64,000 nt of DNA from the human T2T-CHM13v2.0 reference genome, Homo sapiens: the NCBI RefSeq assembly GCF_009914755.1, contig NC_060926.1; one strand, given 5' to 3'. The notes under the pieces were generated by a model that did no database searches, was not told the origin of the DNA, and worked only from the letters and a program-made list of their open reading frames with translations. The translations under genes and the position numbers were made by a program. This document shows positions 47,386 through 61,600 of this stretch, piece after piece. The stretch's first letter is position 1; each line of letters starts with the position of its first letter.

Positions 47386-50074
47386 CAATAATTCATTTTC
47401 ACTTGAGTGGTCTTGGTATTCTTGTTACAAATCAACAATAAATGGAATAGTTTATTTTTGGACTCTCTATTATTTTTTGTTCCAATGTCTACCCTTATAG
47501 AAGCACCACGTTGTCTTATAGGTTCGTAGAAACTTTTGAAATCAGGAAGTGTGAGTTCTCCAACATTCTTTTTAAATATTATTTTGGTGCATACACATTT
47601 AGGATTGCTATGTCTTATTGGTGGATTGGCCCTTTGGTCATTGTATAATAATTCTTTGTCCCTGTTAAACTCTTTAGCTCTGAAATCTATTTTATTTGAT
47701 ATTATAGGCACATCTTTCTTTTGATTAATGTTTGCATGGTGAATCATTTTCATCATTTACCTTCAATCTACCTATATCATTATATTTTGAGTTTCTTTGA
47801 GACAACATATATCTGGGTCATGTTTTTTATATATACTCTGCCAATATTTGAGTCCTGGTTGAAATTTGAATTCCTACAGAGAGGACTTTTATTTACTTCT
47901 GCAAGTAACCTGTTGGCATCATCATACTAGAACCACTTGAAGTTTCTTTTTTCACTTGGGTTTTCTGACTACGTCATAGTAAGTTCTCAACAGACAGACA
48001 ATTTTGATTTTATTTTTTAAGTTATTGTTTTGTTTTTCTTTGCCATTCTATGTGGTATGATTTTTGTTGTTGTTTACTTTTATTCTGTGAGAATAGCTCA
48101 TAGAAAGCTTGTGGGTCTCTTATTGTATATCCATCCTGAATAGACCTTAATATCACTTTTGATTCCCATGTATATTCTGTGATCAAAATCGGAGGTAGAA
48201 AACTTAAGGACTAGAAACTGACCTTAACAGGTCTTACTAGGTAGGCTCCCTGGTTTCACTTTGCTTTGGATCTTTGTTTCTACTTTTTTTCCATGCTAGC
48301 TCAGTAACAGACTAAAACAAAAAGTTTCGAAAATAATTTATCTGGCAATTTTATTGTATTTGAGAGGAGTTTTCCATAATACGTTATCTCCTGTACTGTC
48401 TGTCAAAAAGAGGAGTCATTTTTTTTTGGTGTCTTTATTTGCACAGAAAGTTTTCATTTTAATATAGTCAGATTTATTTACTTGTTTTCTTTATTGTTCA
48501 TACTGTGGGATCTTTTTCTGAGAAAGTTTCTCCTATTTTGAAAATATAAGGATATTCTCACATAATTTCTTCTAGAAATTTTATAATTGTGCTTTAAATT
48601 TATATTGAATTTTTCTGTATGATGTGAAATAAGAATCAACTTTTTTTCTTACTGATTTTTCAATTTGATTTCCCCCCTATTTTTAAGGAGATACTTGTAT
48701 ATCTTTTTCTCCTTATTCTGTTAATATTAGTAATTACATGTACTGCATTTGCAATACTGAATTTTCCATGAAATTCTTGTACCTTTTTTTTTACTGTGAT
48801 GCAAAATCAGTTTGCTAATATTTTATTTGAGGTTTTTGCATCTCTATTCCTGCATGTGATTTGCCTTTATACATTCTTTTACGCACATTCCCTCTTGAAT
48901 TAGAATCATAAGACTAACTGGGTAACAGTCCCTGCCTTCTCATTCTTTGGAATAGTTTAAGTAAACTGGAGATTATTTGCTCTTTGAAGGTTGTTAGAAC
49001 TTCACAGGTTTGATAAAAGCTTTCAATGTCAGATGATTTTTATGTGTGAGATTTTTAACCACTTGTTTTTCTTTAATGGTTATAGGTCTAAGTGCTCTAT
49101 CATTCTGTTCCCTTTTTTATTCTGATCTGTTTGTTTAATTTGCTTCTTTCACTTCCTTCATTGTTCTTCTCTAGTCTTGTCAGAAGTTTGTTGTTAATCT
49201 TTTTAATCCATCTTTAAGTAATTTTGTGGTATGGTGCAGTTTGGATTTTGATTGTTTTATTCTTTCCATGTGGCTATCTAGTTGGCTTATTGTTATCTCA
49301 TTGAAAAAGACCTTCCTTTCTCGTGCTCTTCAGTACTACTTTGTTGTAAATAACATTTGTGTAGGTCAGTTTTCTGGGCCCTTTTTCCTATTCTAATGGT
49401 CTCTTGGTGTATCTGCATGCCAATCCATATTGTCTTAATTATTTTAGCTTAATAAATAAGTTTTTATATTGGATAGAGCAAATCCTTTTGTATCTTTAAT
49501 ACTTTTAATCATTTAAGTTTGTAATCTCTATAGTTCTAATTATTTGAAGTTTTAAAGGGATATAATTGAGTCCTGCTAACTCTTGTTAATAAATTGATTA
49601 CTCTTGTGTCTTATAATTTTGTATTGTGACCTGGTCATCAGGTAAGTGTTAACTCTGTGAATCACCTTCAGTCGGAGTTACGGATGCGTTCCTGAAGATG
49701 TTTTATTTTCACCTCGGACTAATTTTTTTTTTTAATCACAGTGTTTCACCTTTGGGGTTCTGTAAACAGTATATAATGTAAAATCAAACTTCACACCCAC
49801 GTGAGACTTTTCCTTCTTCATTCCAGATCCCATTTGGAGGCAGAAAAACTTAACTTGTTCTCATCTTGGGCTTATGGGAGGATTTTTCCCCCTCCTAGTC
49901 TACCTTTCATTCAGAAATGTTGCTATCCAGACTCTGGGCTTTCACTGGGAAAGACTTAGTTCTGTATCTCACCTTATTTAGGCCCAAGGCCTGCACATTT
50001 TTCCACCTGTTTGTGATAAACCCGAATTGCTCGGTTATTTTTCCCCTCTCTTTTTTCCAGTGCCCACCTGTTTT

Positions 50075-50370
50075 CTGATTGATATATAATACTTGTACAT
50101 ATTTATGGGTACATATGATACAGGGTGCATGTTACATGCATAGAATGTGTAATGATTAAGTCAATGTTTAGAGTATCCATCACCTTGAGTATTTATCATT
50201 TCTATGTGCTGGGAACATTTCAAATTCTCTTTTCTAGGTATTTTGAAATATATAATACTTGTTTTTAACTATAGTCACCCTACTCTACTGAGGAACATTA
50301 GTATTTCTTCCATCAGACAACCTCTCATCACCTCTCCCCAAAATTCACACACCTTTCCCATGGCTTACTT
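50075..50370 (-). mobile_element. L1MA 3' end
   Basis: ttgtacatatttatgggtacat...gtatccatcaccttgagtatttatcatttc. Confidence 0.7.
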
Positions 50371-50691
50371 TTTAAGAAACCTGTCCATGACAACCCTAGC
50401 ACAGTTACACCCAACTTCTATTTTTCCTTTCTGCACACTGGAGATTTCTTTTCAGCTTAGCTATGTAATTAAAAGGGTATTTGTTAATATTATCCAGCAT
50501 GTTTTAAGTATTTTGTTGCTGAGATTTCTAGATTATCTAGTCTGCCATATTGCTGGAAAAGGAAGTTGGTATTTTAAAATAAGCTATACAAAGCAATTGT
50601 ATATTGTTGGCTGAAAGAATTTCCCCCTTCAGGTGGGAGTACTAAATATAATACCCTTCCATTGTTGACACAGTTAAAAACTGTGTCTTTG

Positions 50692-50958
50692 AAGCAAAGT
50701 ATTGCATAGTGGCTCTAAGCATGGACTCTGGAGCTTGATAATCTGGGGTAGAGTATAAGTCCTGCCACTCATGACCTGAATGATCTTTACAAGTCTGTGT
50801 AATCTCCCTGTGCCTCAGTTTTTCATCTTTAGAGTCTTAATAGTAACTATCTCATAGGGTTGTTTTCATGATTAAATGAGTCAGTCCATATACACTGAAC
50901 AACAGTGTCTGGCAATAGTAAGCAGTGAATAAGTTTAGCTATTACTATTGTTGTTATT
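50692..50958 (+). mobile_element. MIR
   Basis: gcatggactctggagc...tctccctgtgcctcagtttttcatc...ctcatagggttgtt...attaaatgag...acagtgtctggca. Confidence 0.8.
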
Positions 50959-51198
50959 AACTTCATTAGATATAACTCTTACTTAGAGCTCTTATCCTGT
51001 ATGTGAAAAATTTTCCACTGACTTACATATAGACAGCATTTTTCATTTTCAACGATAGCGTCCATACTTTGTATTTGGAGTACTGTATTGTTTGGTTTCC
51101 CTTCTTCCTGCTTTATAAAGGAGCTCAGGGCAGAAAATGGAGTCTATTGTCACTTCCTTAAGCCACTACTAAATTTTAAGTTATCCATCAGTAAGTAA

Positions 51199-51521
<323 letters not shown>

Positions 51522-51828
51522 ATTTATGTTATCTCCTGAAGTTTCTGCCTTCTCTTATTAATCACTCCCTCAAATGAAGATGTATTCCTATGATGGATTC
51601 TTCATTCAGTGAGGTGATCAGTCTATATTCTCTATAAGGATCTGAAGGATTTCAGTCACTGTTAAGTCTGTATGCCTTTGGACTAAACATTATGGAACGA
51701 ACTGGTTCTTACAGACTTTCTTTCTTACTGACCTGCCCAACCTATTAAATAATTATGTTTTTTCTTATATGGAAAATAGTCCCTCTGTCCATCTTCAGGA
51801 GAGCATCTTTAGAAATGTGGAAGGAACC

Positions 51829-52151
<323 letters not shown>

Positions 52152-52489
52152 TCACTATACTAGTTGTTTTTAGACACTTAAAAATAAGTGTCTTTCCAGT
52201 GAAGATACGCATACATGCATACACCACTACACACATGGAGACTTCATATGTGTATGACGAATCAAGTTCATTATTATAGTTAAAGCTAGGAGCCCAGATT
52301 TGGCCTTCTTAGACTTTTCTTCCTCAGTAACTCAGCCTGAGACACTCAAGGAGCCTTAGACATTACACAGTAGAACTCTGGAACTGCTGATCAGGTCTTT
52401 CTTGTAGTTTAGGGTTGATGAAACTGGCCTGTGTAGCAAGAAAAATTCACCCAAGACTACTAACTAGCCAAATAAGAACTCAGCCTTAG

Positions 52490-54446
52490 TGATGGCAGTG
52501 GCAGCCTGTCTGGAGCGGCCGCTGCAAAGACACCAACTGCAGTGGGGGACGCGCAGCTGGGGCTGTGCACTCCACGGAGCCTGCGGGAGCTGGGAACAGG
52601 TGGGAGCCCTGCCCCCTTTCCAAGTTGGCAGAGTGGGAAACCTGCCCTTCTGGGGGCAACTGCAGCTGCCCAGCCACGGCTGCAGACCTGGGCATCCCTG
52701 TGCTCTCGCGGGGTCCAGGAAGCCCCTCAGCCCCTGCAGGCTTGGAAGTACCTGCTCCCACTGCCTGGCCTCTCCTCGCTCCCAGCGCCTGCTCCAATTT
52801 CCAAAGTTGAGGCCAAGCCCAGGTGCTGTGGCGACCTAGCTGGGTGTGTGTGTGCGCAGGGTGGTGATAACACACCAGCCTCCTTCTGCCTCGGCCCCCT
52901 CTGGACTTTGGGCGCTGATGAGCACAGGAGGGAGGCCTGTAGGGGGCTGAGGATGGCTCGTCACGGGCCTCCAGGCAACCCTCAGCTCCAGCAGCCTGGG
53001 CACCGTGGACGAAATGATTGATGGCGGCAGGAAGCTGACAGGCTTCTGGGCGTAAAGGGGAAGGTTCCCGGTGAAGCCCCACCTTCAAGCCAGGGATGAC
53101 CAGAAGCATGGGGGCTGGGCTGTCAGTTCCAAGTTGAGTCCACAGCCTGGAGGGGGATAACTTAAAGTGCTTTTTCTGGGCCCACGCATGGCCACCCATG
53201 GACCGGTTAGCATGCACTTCCTCCCTTCTGAAGTCCCTAAAAACAGCCCGATTCACACAGATGTTGGGATTTACCAGCTGTGGGAAGGAGCTACCCACTT
53301 TGGGTTAGGTCTCCTCGACTCTTCGAGGCAATCTGTCTGTGGGAAGGGGCTACCCATCAGAAGTCTCCTCTCCACTGAGGGCTGGACACTTGTCGGGTCG
53401 ACCTGCCTGTGGAAAGGAGCCACCCACCATAGGTCTCCTCTCCACCGAGAGCTGGACACTTGTCTGGACGACCTGCCTGTGGAAAGGAGCCATCCACTGT
53501 GGGTCTCCTGAGAGCTATGCTGTCGCTCCGTGAACTCCTCTCTGCCTTGCTCACCTCCAGTTGTTGACATACCTCATTCTTCCTGGAGGGAGGACAAGAA
53601 CTCTGGACCTGCTGAATGGCAGTACTGAGAACTGTAACACAAACACGGCTAAAACACGCCCCCTGCTCGCCATGTTGTGGGCAACGAGAAGGAGAGAAGA
53701 GCTGCAGCCCTTCGGGGAACCCATACCTAGGGTACCCTTTTAATTACGTAGCTAAGCTGAAAAGAAACCCAGACCTGTGACACCCTCTTTGGGGTTCTTG
53801 TGTTCCTGGCATCTCCAAGCTTCCAGGCACCACCGTGTTCCCCTCATCTAGATTCAGGTGCCCGCATCGGAAGTCTCGTGTGTTACATCTGGTCCAGCCA
53901 CAGCCTTGCATGGAGCTGGCACCTATGCCAGTGCCTGGGGCTGCCTGCCCTGGCTGTGTGCAGTGGCTGGACCCTGTGCTCACTCGCCCACACACCCCTC
54001 GCTGCTCCGCGCCTGACTCGCCCTTGGCAGGTGTGGAATCCAGGCCGGTAGCGCGAGCCAAGCTTCCTTCCAGTAGGAAATATGATGGGAAAACAGGAAG
54101 GCCGTTTAATTCAGATTAATAGAAGAAGTAGGTTTCAATGGAGACTTCAAAGGGAAAATGTGAACACTTTTTTTTAAAATACTTTTTTTTCCTTTTTATA
54201 TCATCTTGTATTTTTCTTCAGTGGATGATTTCTGGTTTTATTGTTTGTTTGCTTTTTTATTTCCAACTTTTATTGTAAGTTCAGGGGTACATGTGCAGGA
54301 TGTACTCCTGCACATGTACCAGGTGTAGCCTGCCAGGTCAAGTGGGCGGAACAAGCCCAGCGGGTATGAGCAATACTCAGGCAGAAGGTGCCGCCAGCCA
54401 CCGAGGTTTCTGGCTGCCGAAGTGACACCCCATGAATTCTGTGACA
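52490..54446 (+). mobile_element. MER52 solo LTR (MER52A-like) carrying a templated insertion
   Basis: Starts tgatggcagtggcagcctgtctggagcggccgctgc, ends tctgtgaca; TSD ttag/ttaa; internal ~70-bp repeats at 53270-53520. Confidence 0.88.
54062..54320 (+). repeat. Dispersed direct copy of 55956-56193 plus a 15-bp fold-back
   Basis: Colinear match gcttccttccagt...aggtttcaatggagacttcaaag...atttccaactttt...aagttcag; ends in a perfect inverted repeat. Confidence 0.92.
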
Positions 54447-55029
54447 TTAATATTTACTGTTTCCATTTTGGCTTGGAAACATACTACCTTCCAAAGTATT
54501 TTCCCCTGCTGCAGGTCTGCAGAGCTGCTGCTTTGTCTTTCCTGCAAACTTGTCTTAACATATCTCTCCTTGTACTTGGTCTGCCAACAGGAAGCTCCTT
54601 TTGCCTGGCAGTTGTTATTGACTTAAAATTCTAGTGATAAAGCTAAATAAGATCTGTCGGGACCAGTCTCTTCATCTTTAGAGAAACAATAACCAGTAAA
54701 TTAGTTTCTCTGTAGATGTATTATCCCTTGAGCTTTAGAGATTCTTTCAAGTACCTTGTTCTCTAGCTGGTCCTCTTGTGAAATAAGAAAGACTGAAGAA
54801 TCTGCAACACTGGCAAAGGAACTAAAAGCACATAAACTTTAAAATTGCTTCTATTTGCTGTTTTATCATTCACTCATTCAGTTATTCAACTAACCAAATA
54901 TGTATTGATTGTTTTATTTAACAGCCTACTGGGGATTTTGGTATATGTTAGAATTCTGGCCACAGTTTACCAATTACATTTATCTCTCTTTCTTACAGTT
55001 AAGTGTTGCCTTTTGCCTGTGAGTTTTCT

Positions 55030-55375
55030 TATGTACTTATTCTCTCTGCCTGAAATACCCGCCTCCAAACCTGGTGAACTTTTATTCATCCTTCAATTGT
55101 AACTTAAAACTCCCCTATTTCAGGAGGGTTTTTCTAGCACTCTTGAGTGAATTAAGGGTTTTTTCCCCTATGGCTTTCTTATCATAATTAAATTAATTAT
55201 TTTAATTAGTTTTCATTCCCACACCCTCACCTCAAGTCCCCTTCTCCAATATGATACCCATGGCAATACTAATTTTAGGAGAATTTGCTATCATAAGGTT
55301 TTTTCAGTCTTGTATTTTTTGGTCCTAGCAATGTTTCTGACACATAGTAGATGCTCAATATATATTTATTGCATT
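55030..55375 (+). mobile_element. L2 3' region
   Basis: tctctgcctgaaatacc...ttattcatccttca...tctgacacatagtagatgctcaatatatatttattg. Confidence 0.6.
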
Positions 55376-56139
55376 TCTTATACTCGCAGAAGATTTATAG
55401 TGCTAATAATGCATGTATAGTATTTGTCTTCCAAGACATTGTTTCCAGAATCTTCTGAAGTGAGTGATGAGAGGACAAAACTTTCAAACACATAAATATG
55501 ATTACTAAATGTTGCCTTTGTCCAAGAAATACTTAAAAATCATTTAGTTCACTTGTTAAGTATATCAGAAGTAGCAACAATTTTAAAAATACTTTTTTTG
55601 GTTAGTTTACATTTTAAAAATTGCAATAAAAATAAAACTGCAAGCAGGCAACCAAACACTGATATAAGACTGTAGACCAAAGTGTTCAAGTATTTCTTAT
55701 AATTAGAGGTTCCTTATTATGAATAGTATTTGAAGATACTTCAGTGCTTAGGTAAATATCAACAAATGTGAAATTATTGTACAAAATACATTACAGGACA
55801 TATACATTTTGCTATATGTTGCAAATATATATATTTGCTAAGCCATCTAGTTAATTGACTGTATTTAAAATTTTGTCATCAGTATGCAGCTTGCTTAGAG
55901 AGTAAGTTGTATTGAATTTGAGAAATTATGCCTTAGATTTGTGACTTATTGACAGGCTTCCTTCCAGTGGAAAGTATGAGGGGAAAACAGGAAGGCCATT
56001 TAATTCAGACTAATAGAAGAAGTAGGTTTCAATGGAGACTTCAAAGAGAAAATGTGAACACTTTTTTATTTAAATACTTTTTTTTCCTTTTTAAATCTTC
56101 TTGCATTTTTCTTCAGCAGGTGATTTCTGGTTTTATAGT

Positions 56140-57180
56140 TTGCTTGCTTTTTATTTCCAACTTTTGTTTTAAGTTCAGCGATACACGTGCAGGTTTGTTA
56201 CACAGGTAAATATGTGCCATGGTGGTTTGCTGCACAGATCATCCCATCACCTAGGTATTAAGCCTGGCATCCATTAGGTATTCTTGATACTCTCCTTCCT
56301 CCCACCTCCCACCCTCTCACAGGTCTCACAGGTGTTGTTCCCTTCCTTGTGTCCCTGTGTTCTCATCATTCAGCTCCCACTTACAAGTGAGAACATACGG
56401 TATTTGGTTTTCTGTTCTTGTGTTAGTTTGCTGAGGATAATGGCTTCCAGCTCCATTCATGTCCTTGCAAAGGACTGCATAGTATTCCATGGTGCGTATG
56501 TACCACATTTTCCTAATCCAGTCTATCATTAATGGGCATTTAGGTTGATTCCATGTCTTTGCTATTGTGAATAGTACTGTGATGAACATAGGCATCCATG
56601 TATCTCTACAATAGAATGATTTATATTCCTTTGGGTATGTACCCAGTAATGGGATTGCTGGGTCAAATGGTATTTCTGCCTCTAGGTCTTTGAGGCATTG
56701 CCACACTGTCTTCCACAGTGGTTGAACTAATTTACACTCCCACCAACAGTGTAAATAAAACATTCCTTTTTCTCCACAACCTCACCAGCATCTGTTGTTT
56801 TTTGACTTTTTAATAGCCATTCTGACTGGTGTGAGATGGTATCTCATTGTGGTTTTGATTTGCATTTTTCTAATGATCAGTGATGTTAAGCTTTTTGGTT
56901 GGCCGCATGTATGTCTTCTTTTGAGAAGTATCTGTTCATTTCCTTTGCCCACTTCTTAATGGAGTTGTTTTTTTCTTGTTGATTTGTTTAAGTTCTTTGT
57001 AGCTGCTGGATATTAGACCTTTGTCAGATGGATAGATTGCAGAAATATTCTCCCATTCTGTAGGTTGTTTACTCTGATAGGCTTTTTTCTTTTTTTCTTT
57101 TTTCTTTTAGCTGTGCAGAGCTCTTTAGTTTAATTAAATCCCATTTGTCAATTTTTGCTTTTGTTGCGATTGCTTTTGGA
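56140..57180 (-). mobile_element. Older L1PA (PA13-16-like) 3' ~1 kb
   Basis: ggtggtttgctgcacagatcatcccatcacctaggtattaagcc; ORF2 C-terminal peptide [17 protein letters not shown] (56326-56763). Confidence 0.88.
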
Positions 57181-59549
57181 TATTTTCTTATATTTTAACC
57201 GCCCACCAGATCATAATTTTAAAAATTATTTTGAAAAATATTTTTTCTCATTAATAAAACCCTAGAGGGTTTGAAAGTGTAAAATACAAAGTTAAAAACC
57301 CTTGTGCTTACACATTACTGTAATAAACTTGTGTATTCCCACATTTTCTCTGCATATGCAAGCATACATACACATACATGTATGTGTCTATGTGTGTGTA
57401 TGTGTTTATATGTATACATTATATATTCTTAGAGTTGGAGTCATGGAATACTTCCTGCTTTCTGTTACCTGCTACTTTTCCTCTTTCTGTATGCTTTTTA
57501 CATACAAAGAATCTTTTTGGTTCTTTTTAATGATTGCAGATATTCCATTGAATGCATGTGTTTTTCTGTTACAATGAAGCAGAGATGTATTTATGCATAT
57601 ATATCTATTTCTCCAGCTGTAGTACTAATAGTATAGTTGCTAGCTCAAAAGGATTTACATTTTTAATTATCTTAGTCACACACTCCCATCTAAAAGGCTT
57701 GTGTAGATTTACACAATTTATGTTCTCTCTACCAGTTTATGAATGTATCTGTTTCTTCTCCCTTCCCATGCTCATTACTCAGCAGCCTTCTAAAGTAAAT
57801 AATCATGGGCTTTTACTGCGTAATCAGATTAGCACAGTAAATGGTGGAAAAATAACATTATTGATTGAAAAGTTGGTTAAGAAGACATAAGCTTGCTGTT
57901 GTTTCTTTCATAGTTTTGGTGTTAAAATTTGCTGGTGTTTGAGGTAACTAATTTTAACTAGATTCAGGGTGACACTATCTGTAAGAAAAGATCCTGGGAA
58001 CTTGAGAAGAATGAATCCATATTCATACCAGGTTAGTTCATGGAAATATCTGCTCTCAACATTTAAGCAAACTAAGAATGAATAATTTGTTACAGTTTAC
58101 AACATATGATTTCATTTATTCCTCACGTAGATTTTAATCTGTTATGCAGAGGAGTAGAGTGAAACTCAGAAAGATAAGGAAGGCTCCCTCAGGTCACAGT
58201 TTATAAATGGTGGAACTTTTGTTTTGTTTTGTTTTTGATGAATTATATTGCATTTCTAATCTAAGGAAGCACGTGTGCATCAGGTCCTAGTATAAGGTCT
58301 ACTAAATAACAGAGGCTCAATAAAAGTCTTCAAATTAATGAATTCTCTTTTGAGAGGAAATATTTTGAAGTCTTTAAAGGCATTAGTAGGGTTCAAGACT
58401 AAGAAAGAGACCACATGGCCTTATTACTTTGATTTTTACTAGGGAAAGTTGTAAGCATATAAAAGTAGAAAGAATTGTAAAAATGAACTTCTGTATATCC
58501 AGCTTTATAACAGTTATTAACTCATGGCCAACCGTTTTCATGGTGGAAATCCACTCAACACAAGATGACAACTCAAAAAAAGCTATAGAAAACAGAAAAA
58601 TTCAGGTGGACTCATGATATAATAAAATAGTTATTGAATGCCTACTATTGATAGACGTGTAGAGTAGGGTTTTGGTTGTTTTGTTTCGTTTTTTTCTTTT
58701 TCTTTTGAAGTAATTGTAGGTTCACAGGATGTTACAAATATAGTACAGAGAGGTCTCATTTACTGTTTACTCAGCTTCTCCCAGCGGCCCAATGGTAACA
58801 TCTTCTCTAACTGTGGTACAATATTAAAGTCCCATTAGTTGACATTGGTACCATCTACAGATCTTTTATAGCTATCACCAGTTTTTACATGCTGTCATTT
58901 GTGTGTGTGTGTGTGTATTTGCATGGATGTGTTACTTTTTACATGTCTAGATTCATGTAACAATTATCAAAATACAGCATAAAGTATTATATATGATGTT
59001 AGCTGTGAGACTTCATAGATGTTCTTTATCACATTGAGGAAAGTTCTCTATTACTAACTTGTTAAAAGTTATCACGAACGAATGTTGCATTTTTAAAAAT
59101 GATTCTTGTCTGTCTATTGATATGATCATGTGACTTTTCATTAGCCTGTTACTATAGTGGATTACCACAAACAAATAAATTTTAAACAAATAAACTAAAT
59201 ATGGTGGATTATATTGAGCTTTTTTAGAATATTCTGCCAAGAATTGGTATGCATTTTTCTTTTTTTTTTTTTTTTTTTTGCACCGCCCTTAATCCATTTA
59301 ATCCTGAGTGGACACAGCACATGTTTCAGAGAGCACAGGGTTGGGGGTAAGGTCACAGATCAACAGGATCCCAAGGCAGAGGAATTTTTCTTAGTGCAGA
59401 ACAAAATGAAAAGTCTCCCATGTCTACTTCTTTCTACACAGACACGGCAACCATCCGATTTCTCAATCTTTTCCCCACCTTTCCCGCCTTTCTATTCCAC
59501 AAAGCCGCCATTGTCATCCTGGCCCGTTCTCAATGAGCTGTTGGGCACA

Positions 59550-61600
59550 CCTCCCAGACGGGGTGGTGGCCGGGCAGAGGGGCTCCTCACTTCCCAGTAG
59601 GGGCGGCCGGGCAGAGGCGCCCCTCACCTCCCGGACGGGGCGGCTGGCCGGGCAGGGGGGCTGACCCCCCCCACCTTCCCTCCCGGACGGGGCGGCTGGC
59701 CGGGCAGAGGGGCTCCTCACTTCCCAGTAGGGGCGGCCGGGCAGAGGCGCCCCTCACCTCCCGGACGGGGCGGCTGGCCGGGCGGGGGGGCTGACTCCCC
59801 CCACCTCCTTCCCGGACGGGGCGGCTGGCCGGGCGGGGGGCTGACACCCCCACCTCCCTCCCGGACGGGGCGGCTGGCCGGGCAGAGGGGCTCCTCACTT
59901 CCCAGTAGGGGCGGCCGGGCAGAGGCGCCCCTCACCTCCCGGACGGGGCGGCTGGCCGGGCGGGGGGGCTGACCCCCCCCCACCTCCCTCCCGGACGGGG
60001 TGGCTGGCCGGGCGGGGGGCTGACCCCCCCACCTCCCTCCCGGACGGGGCGGCTGGCTGGGCGGGGGGCCGACATCCCCACCTCCCTCCCGGACGGGGCG
60101 GCTGGCCGGGCAGGGGGCCGACCCCCCCACCTCCCTCCCGGACGGGGCGGCTGGCCGGGCGGGGGGCCGATCCCTCCACCTCCCTCCCGGACAGGGCGGC
60201 TGGCCGGGCAGAGGGGCTCCTCACTTCCCAGTAGGGGCAGCCGGGCAGAGGCGCCCCTCACCTCCCAGACGGGGCGGCTGGCCGGGCGGGGGGGCTGACC
60301 CCCCCCCACCTCCCTCCCGGACGGGGCGGCTGGCCGGGCGGGGGGCTGACCCCCCCACCTCCCTCCCGGACGGGGCGGCTGGCCGGGCGGGGGGCCGACA
60401 TCCCCACCTCCCTCCCGGACGGGGCGGCTGGCCGGGCGGAGGGCTGACCCCCCCACCTCCCTCCCGGACGGGGCAGCTGGCCGGGCGGGGGGCCGACCCC
60501 CCCACCTCCCTCCCGGACGGGGCGGCTGGCCCGGCAGAGGGGCTCCTCACTTCCCAGTAGGGGCGGCCGGGCAGAGGCGCCCCTCACCTCCCAGACGGGG
60601 CGGCTGGCCGGGCGGAGGGCTGACCCCCCCACCTCCCTCCCGGACGGGGCGGCTGGCCGGGCGGGGGGCCGACCCCCCCACCTCCCTCCCGGACGGGGCG
60701 GCTGGCCGGGCAGAGGGGCTCCTCACTTCCCAGTAGGGGCGGCCGGGCAGAGGCGCCCCTCACCTCCCAGACGGGGCGGCTGGCCGGGTGGAGGGCTCAT
60801 CCCCCCACCTCCCTCCCGGACGGGGCGGCTGGCCAGGCGGGGGGCTTACCCCCCCACCTCCCTCCCGGACGGGGCGGCTGGCCGGGCGGGGGGCCGACGC
60901 CCCCCACCTCCCTCCCGGACGGGGCGGCTGGCCGGGCAGAGGGGCTCCTCACTTCCCAGTAGGGGCGGGCGGGCAGAGGCGCCCCTCACCTCCCAGACGG
61001 GGCGGCTGGCCGGGCGGAGGGCTCACCCCCCCACCTCCCTCCCGGACGGGGCGGCTGGCCGGACGGGGCGGCTGGCCGGGCGGGGGGCTGACCCCCCCCC
61101 CCACCTCCCTCCCGGACGGGGTGGCTGCCGGGCGGAGACACTCCTCACTTCCCAGATGGGGTGGCTGCTGGGCGGAGAGGCTCCTCACTTCTCAGACGGG
61201 GCAGCTGCCGGGCGGAGGGGCTCCTCACTTCTCAGACGGGGTGGTTGCCGGGCAGAGGGTCTCCTCACTTCTCAGACGGGGCGGCCGGGCAGAGACGCTC
61301 CTCACCTCCCAGACGGGGTCTCGGCCGGGCAGAGGCGCTCCTCACATCCCAGATGGGGCAGCGGGGCAGAGGCGCTCCCCACATCTCAGAGGATGGGCGG
61401 CCGGGCAGAGATGCTCCTCACTTCCTAGATGTGATGGCGGCTGGGAAGAGGCGCTCCTCACTTCCTAGATGGGATGGCGGCCGGGCGGAGACGCTCCTCA
61501 CTTTCCAGACTGGGCAGCCAGGCAGAGGGGCTCCTCACATCCCAGACGATGGGCGGCCAGGCAGAGACACTCCTCACTTCCCAGACGGTGTGGCAGCCGG
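59550..61600 (-). repeat. SVA VNTR (GC-rich ~37-50-bp units)
   Basis: Tandem cccggacggggcggctggccgggc / ctcctcacttcccag units. Confidence 0.95.

Noticed and set aside
53270-53520. ~70-bp-period repeats resembling a CRISPR array
   Set aside because: Whole units repeat with no unique spacers; this is an internal LTR tandem repeat in eukaryotic DNA with no cas genes.
52486-54119. 270-aa ORF (52486-53298) and neighbours
   Set aside because: Inside the second MER52 LTR; no splice or protein-family evidence.
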